Shown: positions 10,017 through 18,746 of the stretch, piece by piece
Position numbering within the stretch: the first letter of the stretch is position 1
Layout of the letters: each line of letters opens with the position of its first letter
Assembly: GCA_018971305.1 (NCBI GenBank)
Contig: JAGXBC010000001.1
Location: 245,687 to 309,686 of the forward strand
Length of the DNA: 64,000 nt
DNA from: Patescibacteria group bacterium
GTDB lineage: Bacteria; Patescibacteriota; Minisyncoccia; UBA6257; 2-01-FULL-56-20
Direction: 5' to 3'
Notes under the pieces: model-generated
Told to the model about the DNA's origin: nothing
Database searches by the model: none
What the model saw: only the letters and a program-made list of their open reading frames with translations
Position numbers and translations under genes: made by a program

Positions 10017-10705
10017 TATCGTCCGAAAGTTAAAATTTCGTTCGCGCTTGCCGCTTCCGACGAGTTGCGCGTGCCGTTTATGGAGAGCCCGACATCGAAC
10101 TCCGAACCTGGAGGGGTAGATGGATTTAGGTTAACCGTAAGCTTGGAAGGGTCCTCTAAATTTGTCGGAGACTGGTCGTTCACGGTCCAGGAGTAGTTCA
10201 ACGACGATGGCGTTGTCGTGTTGAAAAAATACGGGATAGCAGAAACCTGCAAAGAATTACCGGAGAAACTTCCATTGGGATAGGGCGAATAAATCACCGC
10301 CTCCGGAGAGACAAGTGGTATATCTATATTATCAACGAGGAGGTTGGTCGCGTAATTTGGGATTTGGATTCTTATGCTCGCAGTATCCGTGATTCCGTTT
10401 GGAACGAATCCTATGCTTTGCATGCCAGCTCCTCCGGCGAGGAGATCATCATTCAGATACCAGTAAACTGTTTGTTTAGAAATATCGGCAGGCTTTCCTC
10501 CGACCAAGAGCTCAAAAGACACGTTTATTAGAGAATTTGTCGTGGGCATAATTTTCCCCCGATAGTCCGCCGGCACATAGCTATTTGCCCGCCAAGTAAC
10601 AAGAAATTGGGGGGTTGATTGCTGGGCCCTCGCTTCGCGGATTAAAAGCAGGGCCGCGAATATAGCAGAGAACAATATTAAGACCGTATTAAGATTTTTT
10701 TTCAT
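10016..10705 (-). CDS. Secreted protein with two Ig/PKD-like beta domains (T4SS-cluster associated)
   Basis: Signal peptide; W.ANSYVP.DY.GK..P; A.PYFF...L.Y.W.VN. Confidence 0.7.
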   Translation of the reverse strand: MKKNLNTVLILFSAIFAALLLIREARAQQSTPQFLVTWRANSYVPADYRGKIMPTTNSLINVSFELLVGGKPADISKQTVYWYLNDDLLAGGAGMQSIGFVPNGITDTASIRIQIPNYATNLLVDNIDIPLVSPEAVIYSPYPNGSFSGNSLQVSAIPYFFNTTTPSSLNYSWTVNDQSPTNLEDPSKLTVNLNPSTPPGSEFDVGLSINGTRNSSEAASANEILTFGR

Positions 10706-10715
10706 CCTTTATTAA

Positions 10716-11756
10716 TTATAACAATTCCTTATTTTTATTCTTGTCACCGGTTTTACTCTTTCCGATTTGTTCTATTGGGACCGGTTCTTCCTCATCCTCT
10801 TGCTCTGGCTTCTTCTCGGCCTCAGGGAGCTTTCTCATAATATCCATTAATTTGCCCATTTCTTTAACTTCTCCCGGTTCTTCTTCTAACCCCATCTCCC
10901 CCTCCGATATTTCTTCGCCACCCTCCCCTCCGCCTGCTTCGATTTGTTCTCTTTCGCTTTCCTCAGCACCTTCCCCACCCTTACTTTCGCTGGGTTTTTC
11001 GTTGTTCTCTCCCTCGCCCCCAGTCGAACCCTCTCCTTTTTCTGCATCAGCACCCCGATCATCCGCACCTTCTCTACCCCCTCTTTCGCTGGGTTTTTCG
11101 CGCCCCTCTCCCTCTATTCCGGTCAGAGATTCTTCTTTCTCTGCTTCTTCCTCTTCTCCTGTCTCCAGCTCTTCGCGGCGTTCAGCTTCCCGACCTTCGC
11201 TTTTCGATTCTGATTGTTCTGTTCCCTCTCCCTCTAAGGATTCACCGCGACCCCCACCCGCTCCTTCTTCTGTAGTTCCTTCTGGTTTAGGTGTTGCACC
11301 TGCTTCCTCTGCTGTTTTCGCCGCACCGGCGGCTTCTTCTGTTGTCTTGGCTGCCTTGGCGGTTTCCTCCGCCGCTTTTTCCACCTCTTTTACCTCGGAG
11401 CCAGCTTCGTTTTCTGGTGCTGCAACTTTGGCTGCAAGTTCGGCCGCCTTTTCAAATTTAGGATGATCATCGGCATAAAATGTTAATAACAACATTGCCG
11501 TCATCCATGGAAGATCTCCTAAAACAGGCACAACTCCTCCGGCAAATCCATATAAGGCATAAATAGCTCCGACGCCCTTAAGCACCAAATACATAAGAAC
11601 AGCCGCCTCGCAAAAAGCGATTATCTTGGAAACTATTTCTCCGGCACCGGTAAACAGGAGAACAAGCTTTACTATATCAATCAAGCCAACCGGAAGTATT
11701 AGAAGTATGCGTTCTGGTAGAGAGATTTTGGGCTGCGGTTGCTGGTTTTCTTCCAT
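10716..11756 (-). CDS. Membrane protein with long Glu/Gly-rich disordered tail
   Basis: Hydrophobic N-terminal ~95 aa, then acidic low complexity; co-oriented directly after VirB4. Confidence 0.7.
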   Translation of the reverse strand: MEENQQPQPKISLPERILLILPVGLIDIVKLVLLFTGAGEIVSKIIAFCEAAVLMYLVLKGVGAIYALYGFAGGVVPVLGDLPWMTAMLLLTFYADDHPKFEKAAELAAKVAAPENEAGSEVKEVEKAAEETAKAAKTTEEAAGAAKTAEEAGATPKPEGTTEEGAGGGRGESLEGEGTEQSESKSEGREAERREELETGEEEEAEKEESLTGIEGEGREKPSERGGREGADDRGADAEKGEGSTGGEGENNEKPSESKGGEGAEESEREQIEAGGGEGGEEISEGEMGLEEEPGEVKEMGKLMDIMRKLPEAEKKPEQEDEEEPVPIEQIGKSKTGDKNKNKELL

Positions 11757-11777
11757 AATTGCATCTTAAAACTAAAT

Positions 11778-13532
11778 CTATGATTCCTGATCGTGTTCCT
11801 CTACCAATAACTGTTCCGGGTTGGTAGTAATAACGCGGTCTTCAAAATATGAAGCAACGACCTGTATGGCTACGTGCCGCTTATTCCCCGCGAAGAATAA
11901 TCCGGTGCCGACTTCGGCCCCCAAAAGAAAATTCTTTTCTGAATCAGTCAGGTCAAAAGCCTTAGCGACAATATCAATGGTTGCCGGCGCCTGTTTCAAA
12001 AGGAGTTGAAGCGAGGAATTCGTGATTATCGGCCGCCCGTTAGGCGAGCGCAGAAAGTCCTCAACGTCTTGCGTGATAGTCGTTAATCCTAAATAGTATT
12101 TACGGCAACGTTTGGCGATACCCAAAAGGAAAGAAGAACTATCCTCATTCTTCATCATCCACCAGGCTTCGTCGATGATGAGCAGGCGTTTTTTGAGCTG
12201 GGCGCGTACTAAATTCCAGATGAATCCCAAGATAATAAACATTGCTATCGGTCGCAATTCTTCCTCCAGGTCGCGGATAGAAAATATTATAAGTCGATTA
12301 TCAACATCTATATTGGTGGGCTGGTTTATAAACCCCGAGAAACTTCCCTTAGTGAACTTATAGAGGCGTTCGGCTATCGCTTTCCCTCCTTCAAGGTTTC
12401 GCAAGATAGTTTCCAGGTCTTCCAAAAGCGGAGATGTGGCGCCGGAAAAATCCTGTCCGGCAACTATTTCGCGCGAAGCATAGGTTTCTGTTATCGCTCT
12501 GTCGAGAAGGGCGTCTTCTTCCGGCTTAAGTTTTCCGAGCATGAGTTTAAGTAGGCTGGAGATGTTAACGATGTGGGAGCGCAGGACGTCGGAGGGAGAT
12601 TCGTCTTTGGGAATGGGCGGTATGTCAAAAGGGTTGATGTGTTCGTGCGAAGAAAGGGAAATATTAAAAATTGTTCCGCCCAGGGTATTGGAAAGTTTTT
12701 GATATTCGTTTTCGGGATCAATAACTATTACGTTTTCCGTATCCGTCATTAACGATCTTATTATTTCCAGTTTGGTGGCATATGATTTTCCCGAACCGGC
12801 TTTGGCAAAAACCACTTGATTGGCGTTCTCCAAAGAGAACCTGTCGAAAATCACCAGGCTGTTATTATGCAGGTTTATGCCGTACATAATTCCTTCATTG
12901 GAAGACAGGTCTTCGGAAACAAAGGGGAAGAAAGATGATATCGGTCCGGAATTCATCGGTGTATAGATCTGGATCTTGTCGTCGCCCGTAGGCATTATGG
13001 AGAATAATCCCTCCAGTTGCTGGAAGATGGCTGGTTTTAAATAGATAAGTTTTGCCTCCATAATTGATGTTAGTTTGGATTCTATCCGCGCCAGTTCTTC
13101 CTGTGAGTCGGCATAAACAGTTATATATACTCCTGTGTCAAAAAGTTTTTCCTGCGATTGTTGTAATGTGTCGCGCAGGGTTTCCACGTCGCGGAGGGCC
13201 GTCTCGAGCATTGGATCACGCACTAATCCCTTATCGGCGTTATCGTTTATTTGTGATTCAAGTTGGGCCGATTTTCTCCGAAGGTTTTTGAGTGCCGAGC
13301 CCGTGTCTATTGGATTTACAAAGATAGAGATATCAAATAGATTCGGAAGATCTATTATCGGTTCAAACCAGCCGGTGGAAAGATAGCGCGGATAAGAGAA
13401 AACGAAGAACGTCTTGGCTATTTTATCCCCGATCTTTAAGTAATTTTGGGCGACCTCCAATCCGGCCGGAGCGATAATCTTGGTTACGTTCTTAAAATCA
13501 CTATTTTGGCCTTCGTTTTTATTATTGGGCAT
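11778..13532 (-). CDS. VirB4/TraE-like conjugative-type ATPase
   Basis: FDRF...NANQVVFAKAGSGKSY Walker A, IDPENEY, IIDEAW Walker B, RKY...L..ITQ. Confidence 0.93.
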   Translation of the reverse strand: MPNNKNEGQNSDFKNVTKIIAPAGLEVAQNYLKIGDKIAKTFFVFSYPRYLSTGWFEPIIDLPNLFDISIFVNPIDTGSALKNLRRKSAQLESQINDNADKGLVRDPMLETALRDVETLRDTLQQSQEKLFDTGVYITVYADSQEELARIESKLTSIMEAKLIYLKPAIFQQLEGLFSIMPTGDDKIQIYTPMNSGPISSFFPFVSEDLSSNEGIMYGINLHNNSLVIFDRFSLENANQVVFAKAGSGKSYATKLEIIRSLMTDTENVIVIDPENEYQKLSNTLGGTIFNISLSSHEHINPFDIPPIPKDESPSDVLRSHIVNISSLLKLMLGKLKPEEDALLDRAITETYASREIVAGQDFSGATSPLLEDLETILRNLEGGKAIAERLYKFTKGSFSGFINQPTNIDVDNRLIIFSIRDLEEELRPIAMFIILGFIWNLVRAQLKKRLLIIDEAWWMMKNEDSSSFLLGIAKRCRKYYLGLTTITQDVEDFLRSPNGRPIITNSSLQLLLKQAPATIDIVAKAFDLTDSEKNFLLGAEVGTGLFFAGNKRHVAIQVVASYFEDRVITTNPEQLLVEEHDQES

Positions 13533-13568
13533 ATATTTATTTGTGCCGATAGTTAGGTGGTTAAAAAA

Positions 13569-14243
13569 TTATAATCCAGATTTTTCGGAAGCTATATTCA
13601 CACCTTCTTTCTCAACGGTTTCCGGATTGTAAAAATTATAGAAGAGCTCTATTAATTGTTCGTTGTTCAGGACGACGGCTTCCAGCCCTATCGATAAAAG
13701 CCCCTCCAATACTTGGTTCACGCGCTGTTTCAGCTGGGCAAGGTTTTCATTGAAACGCATCATCGTTTCCGCCTTAGCCTTTTCTTCGGCAGCATCATTC
13801 TTTTTGCCGAAGAATGGCAGGATTTTACTTATGGATTCCTGGTTTGGAAGCATCAGGGGGGAAAACGGCACAACCACCAGAAAGGCCTTTTCCATGATGG
13901 CATTTTTTTGTACGAAACCGCGCACAAATTCTATGTACTCCTCCGTTTGGTTCTGCAGAAGCGGCGACTTCTCTTTGGCTTCGTATTTAGCAAGGCCGCT
14001 CAAGTATTTTTCTATATTTACCTTCCGGGAATGGATGATGACTTGCATCGGAAAATCCAGGCCATTCAAAAAATTTTGGTAGGCCTGCGTTACGATGTTC
14101 TGCTCCATTTCAGATTTCAGGGCAAAATTAATTCCGCTTACCATAATAACCTGGCGCAGACTGCCGTTTTTCATTACCACCGTGTCTTGCACAATGTCTT
14201 TTATAGACACCAGGTCTTGAGTGTTCGCAAAATTTTTAGGCAT
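13569..14243 (-). CDS. T4SS-cluster protein between PrgI and VirB4 (TraC-F/TcpE-region-like)
   Basis: TQD...I.DI..D.V..K.G, SGINF.LKS..EQ, FLN.LDFP.Q, ELFYNFYNP. Confidence 0.75.
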   Translation of the reverse strand: MPKNFANTQDLVSIKDIVQDTVVMKNGSLRQVIMVSGINFALKSEMEQNIVTQAYQNFLNGLDFPMQVIIHSRKVNIEKYLSGLAKYEAKEKSPLLQNQTEEYIEFVRGFVQKNAIMEKAFLVVVPFSPLMLPNQESISKILPFFGKKNDAAEEKAKAETMMRFNENLAQLKQRVNQVLEGLLSIGLEAVVLNNEQLIELFYNFYNPETVEKEGVNIASEKSGL

Positions 14244-14284
14244 CTTTTTATTTTATTATACCTTTTAATTACCCAATTCTAAAT

Positions 14285-14782
14285 TTATCTGTAATCAATG
14301 CGCCGTGCCGCCTCGCGATCTCCTGTGACGTGCTGGAATATTTGGTACTGATCATCAACCTTCTGCATGAATTGTTGGTTGGATACTTTTGTGCCGCTTT
14401 GCAGGTTTTTCCAGGCGCTGCGTAGCGCCGCTCCAGAAACAATATTCTCTAGTGAGAAATTACCAGACACTCCAAGCCCATCACTACCCTTGACCGTTTC
14501 CGGATTTTCCGGCTGCCAGACGTACACCTGCGGTTTCCAATAAAAACCGAAGGCGCTTAGAACCACGCTCGGTAGGGCTCTCCCCTCCACTCTTATAAAT
14601 GCCAGAGCCAGAGATCCGCCTACAAGGAAAATAGAAAGCATGGCAAAAAGCCATGGCTGTACTGTGAAATATAGGAGGAAACTAAGAATTCCTGCAGAGC
14701 CTACGTAGACGAACTGTTTAATAGTGAAGGGACCGACGAGCTTGTCTTCCGTTTGAATAAATTGAGGGACCTGAAATTGCAT
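14285..14782 (-). CDS. PrgI-family (VirB3-like) membrane protein
   Basis: MQFQVPQFI..EDKLVGPFT.KQF, two TM segments, P.VYVW. Confidence 0.88.
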   Translation of the reverse strand: MQFQVPQFIQTEDKLVGPFTIKQFVYVGSAGILSFLLYFTVQPWLFAMLSIFLVGGSLALAFIRVEGRALPSVVLSAFGFYWKPQVYVWQPENPETVKGSDGLGVSGNFSLENIVSGAALRSAWKNLQSGTKVSNQQFMQKVDDQYQIFQHVTGDREAARRIDYR

Positions 14783-14801
14783 TGTTTTTAGGTTTTACCC
14801 A

Positions 14802-14900
14802 CCTGCCTCGTCTGCCGACTGGCAGGGCTATTTTAGGTGTTTGGCTTTTAGTTGATCTTAGCGGGGGCTTCCTAAAAGCCAAAAGTCAAAACCTAAAAGC
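14802..14900. repeat. CCTGCC...GGCAGG mini-palindrome plus inverted 7-mer tandem arrays
   Basis: CCTGCC 14802-14807 and GGCAGG 14821-14826; TTTTAGGTGTTTGGCTTTTAG opposite CTAAAAGCCAAAAGTCAAAACCTAAAAG. Confidence 0.6.
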
Positions 14901-16156
14901 TAGGTGTTTATTGGAGGCTTCGGCAGATTAACGTCTGATTGGTTTAGAGCTTGCGATGGCGACTGATCGCCGGGAATAGCTTTATTTTTTTCCAATATTT
15001 TTATTTTCTCAAACTCGCCCATTGTATCTTTAATTTGCGGTAAAGATTGTGGCGGTTCTGCTCTTTTGATTATCGGTGATCCTGCAAAGAGCGGTCTGAC
15101 TTGTTCGTTATTCCCCTCTATTTTTTTTGTTCCGGTGTCGTTCGCGATGGGCTGTGGCATGTCACCCACAATCGTCTTTAGTCCGGTGTAGTGTACTACC
15201 CTGGGCTGTTCTTGTTTCTGGGCAATAATTTCTGGTTGTGTGTTTGGGGCAGATGGCTGTTGGCTCTTTATATCTTTTGTAATTGGAGAGAAAACAAATT
15301 TATCCATTTTTGCCACCGGCGGACGTGGTGGTGGGGCTGGCTTCATTACTCCTTTATTTGTCGTGAATGAAACGGAGCCGCCGATTTCTATTTTTGCCGG
15401 TCCAAGCGGAGCTTGTCTGTCCTTAGTTTCTGAAATTTTCTGTTCGGGGATATTTATTCTGAACTCCGAGGCCGATTTTGTAGGAGAAGCCGGAGCTTCT
15501 TCGCGATGAAGCATTGCCGGGGGCGGTTCGTCGGGGGATTCTTCGGTTGATATTTTTTCTGTCCCATAATCAATACGTTCCGCTTTCTGGTTCTGTATTC
15601 CTTGCCGCCTATCACTCACCGCTTGTTGCTGGGCGGGAGATTCAGTGAGACGTGACGGTGGTATTTTCTTTCCCAACTCCATTCTCTCAAATTCCCCGAT
15701 GGGCTCTTTCTGTTTTTCCACCTGTAGTGTGGCGGAGAGCGTGGGTTTTGCAGAGACGAATGTTTCGCCGATATCTATCCCTCCCGGTCGGCGGATTTCT
15801 TCCATTACCCTCGGAGCGATCATATCAAATTTTGAAATCGGTTCATGCACAGACATAATATCGGCTTTCAGGGGATCAAAAATTCTCTTGTTTATCGCGC
15901 CGGCTATTGTGTCTGCGGCCTGCGGTACGATTCCCAACTCTTTAAGCTCTCCCGCCATGTCTTCCGGATGGATGAATCCCAAAATCACGTGGCCGAAAAT
16001 CCTTACCACATAATTTATTTGTTCTTCTGGCAGATGCTCATTGCCGCAAGTTTTCCAAATGAAATCGGAGTTCGCTTCCGAGACCATCGCTTCGCGCAAA
16101 ACATCCGGGATATTATCCCATCGTTCCAGCGCTTGATTTTGTGTGACTGTTACCAT
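14900..16156 (-). CDS. Hypothetical protein: helical N-terminal domain plus Pro-rich disordered region
   Basis: 418-aa ORF, co-oriented and tightly packed in the cluster. Confidence 0.7.
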   Translation of the reverse strand: MVTVTQNQALERWDNIPDVLREAMVSEANSDFIWKTCGNEHLPEEQINYVVRIFGHVILGFIHPEDMAGELKELGIVPQAADTIAGAINKRIFDPLKADIMSVHEPISKFDMIAPRVMEEIRRPGGIDIGETFVSAKPTLSATLQVEKQKEPIGEFERMELGKKIPPSRLTESPAQQQAVSDRRQGIQNQKAERIDYGTEKISTEESPDEPPPAMLHREEAPASPTKSASEFRINIPEQKISETKDRQAPLGPAKIEIGGSVSFTTNKGVMKPAPPPRPPVAKMDKFVFSPITKDIKSQQPSAPNTQPEIIAQKQEQPRVVHYTGLKTIVGDMPQPIANDTGTKKIEGNNEQVRPLFAGSPIIKRAEPPQSLPQIKDTMGEFEKIKILEKNKAIPGDQSPSQALNQSDVNLPKPPINT

Positions 16157-16164
16157 GTTTTATT

Positions 16165-18738
16165 TTATGGTCTATTATTTCCGCCGCCTTGGTTTCCGCC
16201 TCCTCCACCACCGCTACCTCCGCTACCAGGTCCGCCACCGGAGTATTCCCATGTCCCGAAGTAATTTTGTAATGTTCGTTCGTGGCCTTTGAGAGCACCT
16301 TCCAGTTGCCGTAATTTTATTGCGGCTGCTGCCTCGCCCTCTTTGTCCCCGGATGCTTTAAACGCATCTACGACCCCCTGCTGTGCATTAATGAGTTGTA
16401 TTAATAAATTAGGAATCTTTTCCATTCCGGTAGTAGCGAGCGTTTGCGAATTCATATTCCTTACTATGGTGGGTATGATGCGTTGGTTATTTTCGGTGAT
16501 TGCCGAAAGAAGTTCTTGGGTGGTGAGTGGGTGTTCTGCGTAGGCCTTTTTGCCGAAGATTGCGTTGGCGTTCATCCTTGCGGCGTCAGTGGCGGTAAGT
16601 TTTGTGGCGAATTCCTTCATGGATTCTCTAAGCAGTTGTGCTGCCGATATTTCTGTTTGTCCTGTTTGAAACATTTTTTTGGCCCATGTTTGTCCTGCTT
16701 GGAATATTTCATTTCCATCCTCATCTTTTACGGCTTCAGCTGGCTTAATTTTCGGGCTGTTCTGTTCTAGATACTCCCATCTAGCCTTATCTCCAGCAGA
16801 CTTGGCATTGGCTTCTTCTGCTGCCTCTCCCGCTTCCGTCGCGCGTTTAATAGTATCAATACTATTTTTGGCCTTATCTCCGGCGGCTTTTGCGTTATTC
16901 TCGGCTTCAGTTTGAGGGCGACCACGTTTAAGAGATGCCTTCCTCTCTGCTTCATACGCTTTGTCATATGCATTAGTAAGAACTTTATCGTGTGCAGTAG
17001 CGAACGCCTGATTAGTCATCATGGAGTACCCCGCGTTCATCACCGACACATTCCCCGGGGCCTTTGCTATATTGTACGCTTCCTCATATTTTTTATCAGC
17101 CTCGGATATTAACGGTTTCAAGGCCTTTTCCGATATTCTTGTATTCGTCGTGCTACCGGTTAGCTTATCGTAATCACCGAGCATCTTCTCCTGCCTAAAT
17201 CTTTTGATGGTGTCCATGTTGGACATAAACTCTCCGGCAGTGCTTTTGCCTCCATCAATCTTAGTATCATTGGATATCTTTTTGCTTTCTTTCAGCATTT
17301 CTATCGCCGCAAACTTCATTTCGGTTGTAAGGTTTCCAGAGTTAAGGAGTTCTGTTAACTCCGAGGAGCTTTTGCCTTTTAATCTGTCCTTCGCGCCTTC
17401 TACCATTCCCTCGTTGCTGGTTACCTTACCTAGACCGAGAGCTGTTTCCCGCTCTAGCCTGCCGGCAATAAATCCGGCTGCACCTCCCACAACCGGGATT
17501 TTCCTTATTTGCTTACTTACGGCGCCTTCTCGTAGATGCTTTTCAAGAACCTCGCCGCCCGCTTTCTGATATGCGAGCCGCCCACCCTTCTTGGCCTGCT
17601 TGCCGACGTATCCGCCGATTCCGGTTGCCGCGCTTTTAACCGCCGCCATTCCCGCGCTCGCGCCCATAATTCCTAAAGAGTTCGCCGCGATAAGCCCACC
17701 GACGGTCAGACCAAGGAGCACGAAGTCACCTAAAATATTCGGGATAAGTACTTTGAAAGTGCCGCTGAAGAATTGAGATACGGCACTTTGCGCGTTACCA
17801 AGGTTAACATTCGGCGTCGGTTCTGTTTGGGTTGAGATTCTATGGATTCCTGGTGCCATGATGACGACAAGATATAGAAAGAAAACAACTATCGGGGGGA
17901 AAAGCGCCCACCTGATGAAATTACTCCACCATTTTGTGAAATTTCCCCGTAAAGCAGGGAAAACCCAGCAAAGCCAGGCGAACGGCAGAAGAATGAAAAG
18001 TATGGACAAGTACACGTATCTTATTAAGAGCATTATGGCAAGAGTTCCTAAAACAATTACAATGCCGACAAGGGTTATTAGGGCAAAAACCATTGCCACT
18101 AAGATCACGATTACGCTTCCAGCGCTACTTCCTAGGGCGTCGGCGGTTCCCAGGTTCGAACCCCCGCTACTAGACAGCATTACTTGTGGCTGGAATAGGA
18201 TGGCGATTGCATTATTAAACCCCTGACCAGAAAATTGGTCTAAGAAAAAGTTAGTCAAACCATTTGCCGCGCTTACCAGCATGCCGCCGATGACCAATCC
18301 GAAGTTGACGAGGATAGCCATGAAGACAAGCTTCCAGAGGATTTGTTTAAGGCCGTATGTTTGGCTGCGGAGAATCGTAGCGAGAGCTATAACTATGATT
18401 CCCAGAACGAAACCAAGGTTGGCGATAGAGAGGGATGTGGCAAAGCCGGTTTGCACGAGGGCCGTATTTACTATACCCCTATTGATATCAAGGAGTAATT
18501 TTATCGCCCAACTCTCCACGGCTATAGCCAAGCTGGCAACCGTGGCCATAACGTACACGATCCCGTAAACAAGATTATTTACTACTGAGCTACCTATATC
18601 TTCTAAACATCCCGTTGCTGTAGCGCACCATGCTTTTGCCTGATGCGGAGATAATGCAAAAACCGCAAGCGCGATGAATAGTGTCGTTATAACCAATTTC
18701 GTTTTTCTATTTTTTGCTATTCGTGTAAATGTAGGCAT
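16165..18738 (-). CDS. VirB6/TrbL-like polytopic membrane protein with long cytoplasmic tail
   Basis: ANLGFV..II.IALATILR, AILVNF, R.V.L..L..L.P.A, W..W..F; Gly/Ala-rich segment after the TM bundle. Confidence 0.8.
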   Translation of the reverse strand: MPTFTRIAKNRKTKLVITTLFIALAVFALSPHQAKAWCATATGCLEDIGSSVVNNLVYGIVYVMATVASLAIAVESWAIKLLLDINRGIVNTALVQTGFATSLSIANLGFVLGIIVIALATILRSQTYGLKQILWKLVFMAILVNFGLVIGGMLVSAANGLTNFFLDQFSGQGFNNAIAILFQPQVMLSSSGGSNLGTADALGSSAGSVIVILVAMVFALITLVGIVIVLGTLAIMLLIRYVYLSILFILLPFAWLCWVFPALRGNFTKWWSNFIRWALFPPIVVFFLYLVVIMAPGIHRISTQTEPTPNVNLGNAQSAVSQFFSGTFKVLIPNILGDFVLLGLTVGGLIAANSLGIMGASAGMAAVKSAATGIGGYVGKQAKKGGRLAYQKAGGEVLEKHLREGAVSKQIRKIPVVGGAAGFIAGRLERETALGLGKVTSNEGMVEGAKDRLKGKSSSELTELLNSGNLTTEMKFAAIEMLKESKKISNDTKIDGGKSTAGEFMSNMDTIKRFRQEKMLGDYDKLTGSTTNTRISEKALKPLISEADKKYEEAYNIAKAPGNVSVMNAGYSMMTNQAFATAHDKVLTNAYDKAYEAERKASLKRGRPQTEAENNAKAAGDKAKNSIDTIKRATEAGEAAEEANAKSAGDKARWEYLEQNSPKIKPAEAVKDEDGNEIFQAGQTWAKKMFQTGQTEISAAQLLRESMKEFATKLTATDAARMNANAIFGKKAYAEHPLTTQELLSAITENNQRIIPTIVRNMNSQTLATTGMEKIPNLLIQLINAQQGVVDAFKASGDKEGEAAAAIKLRQLEGALKGHERTLQNYFGTWEYSGGGPGSGGSGGGGGGNQGGGNNRP

Positions 18739-18746
18739 CGCAGTTT

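Noticed and set aside
10741-11466. 241-aa Ser/Pro-rich plus-strand ORF
   Set aside because: Antisense shadow of the Glu/Gly-rich tail of 10716..11756
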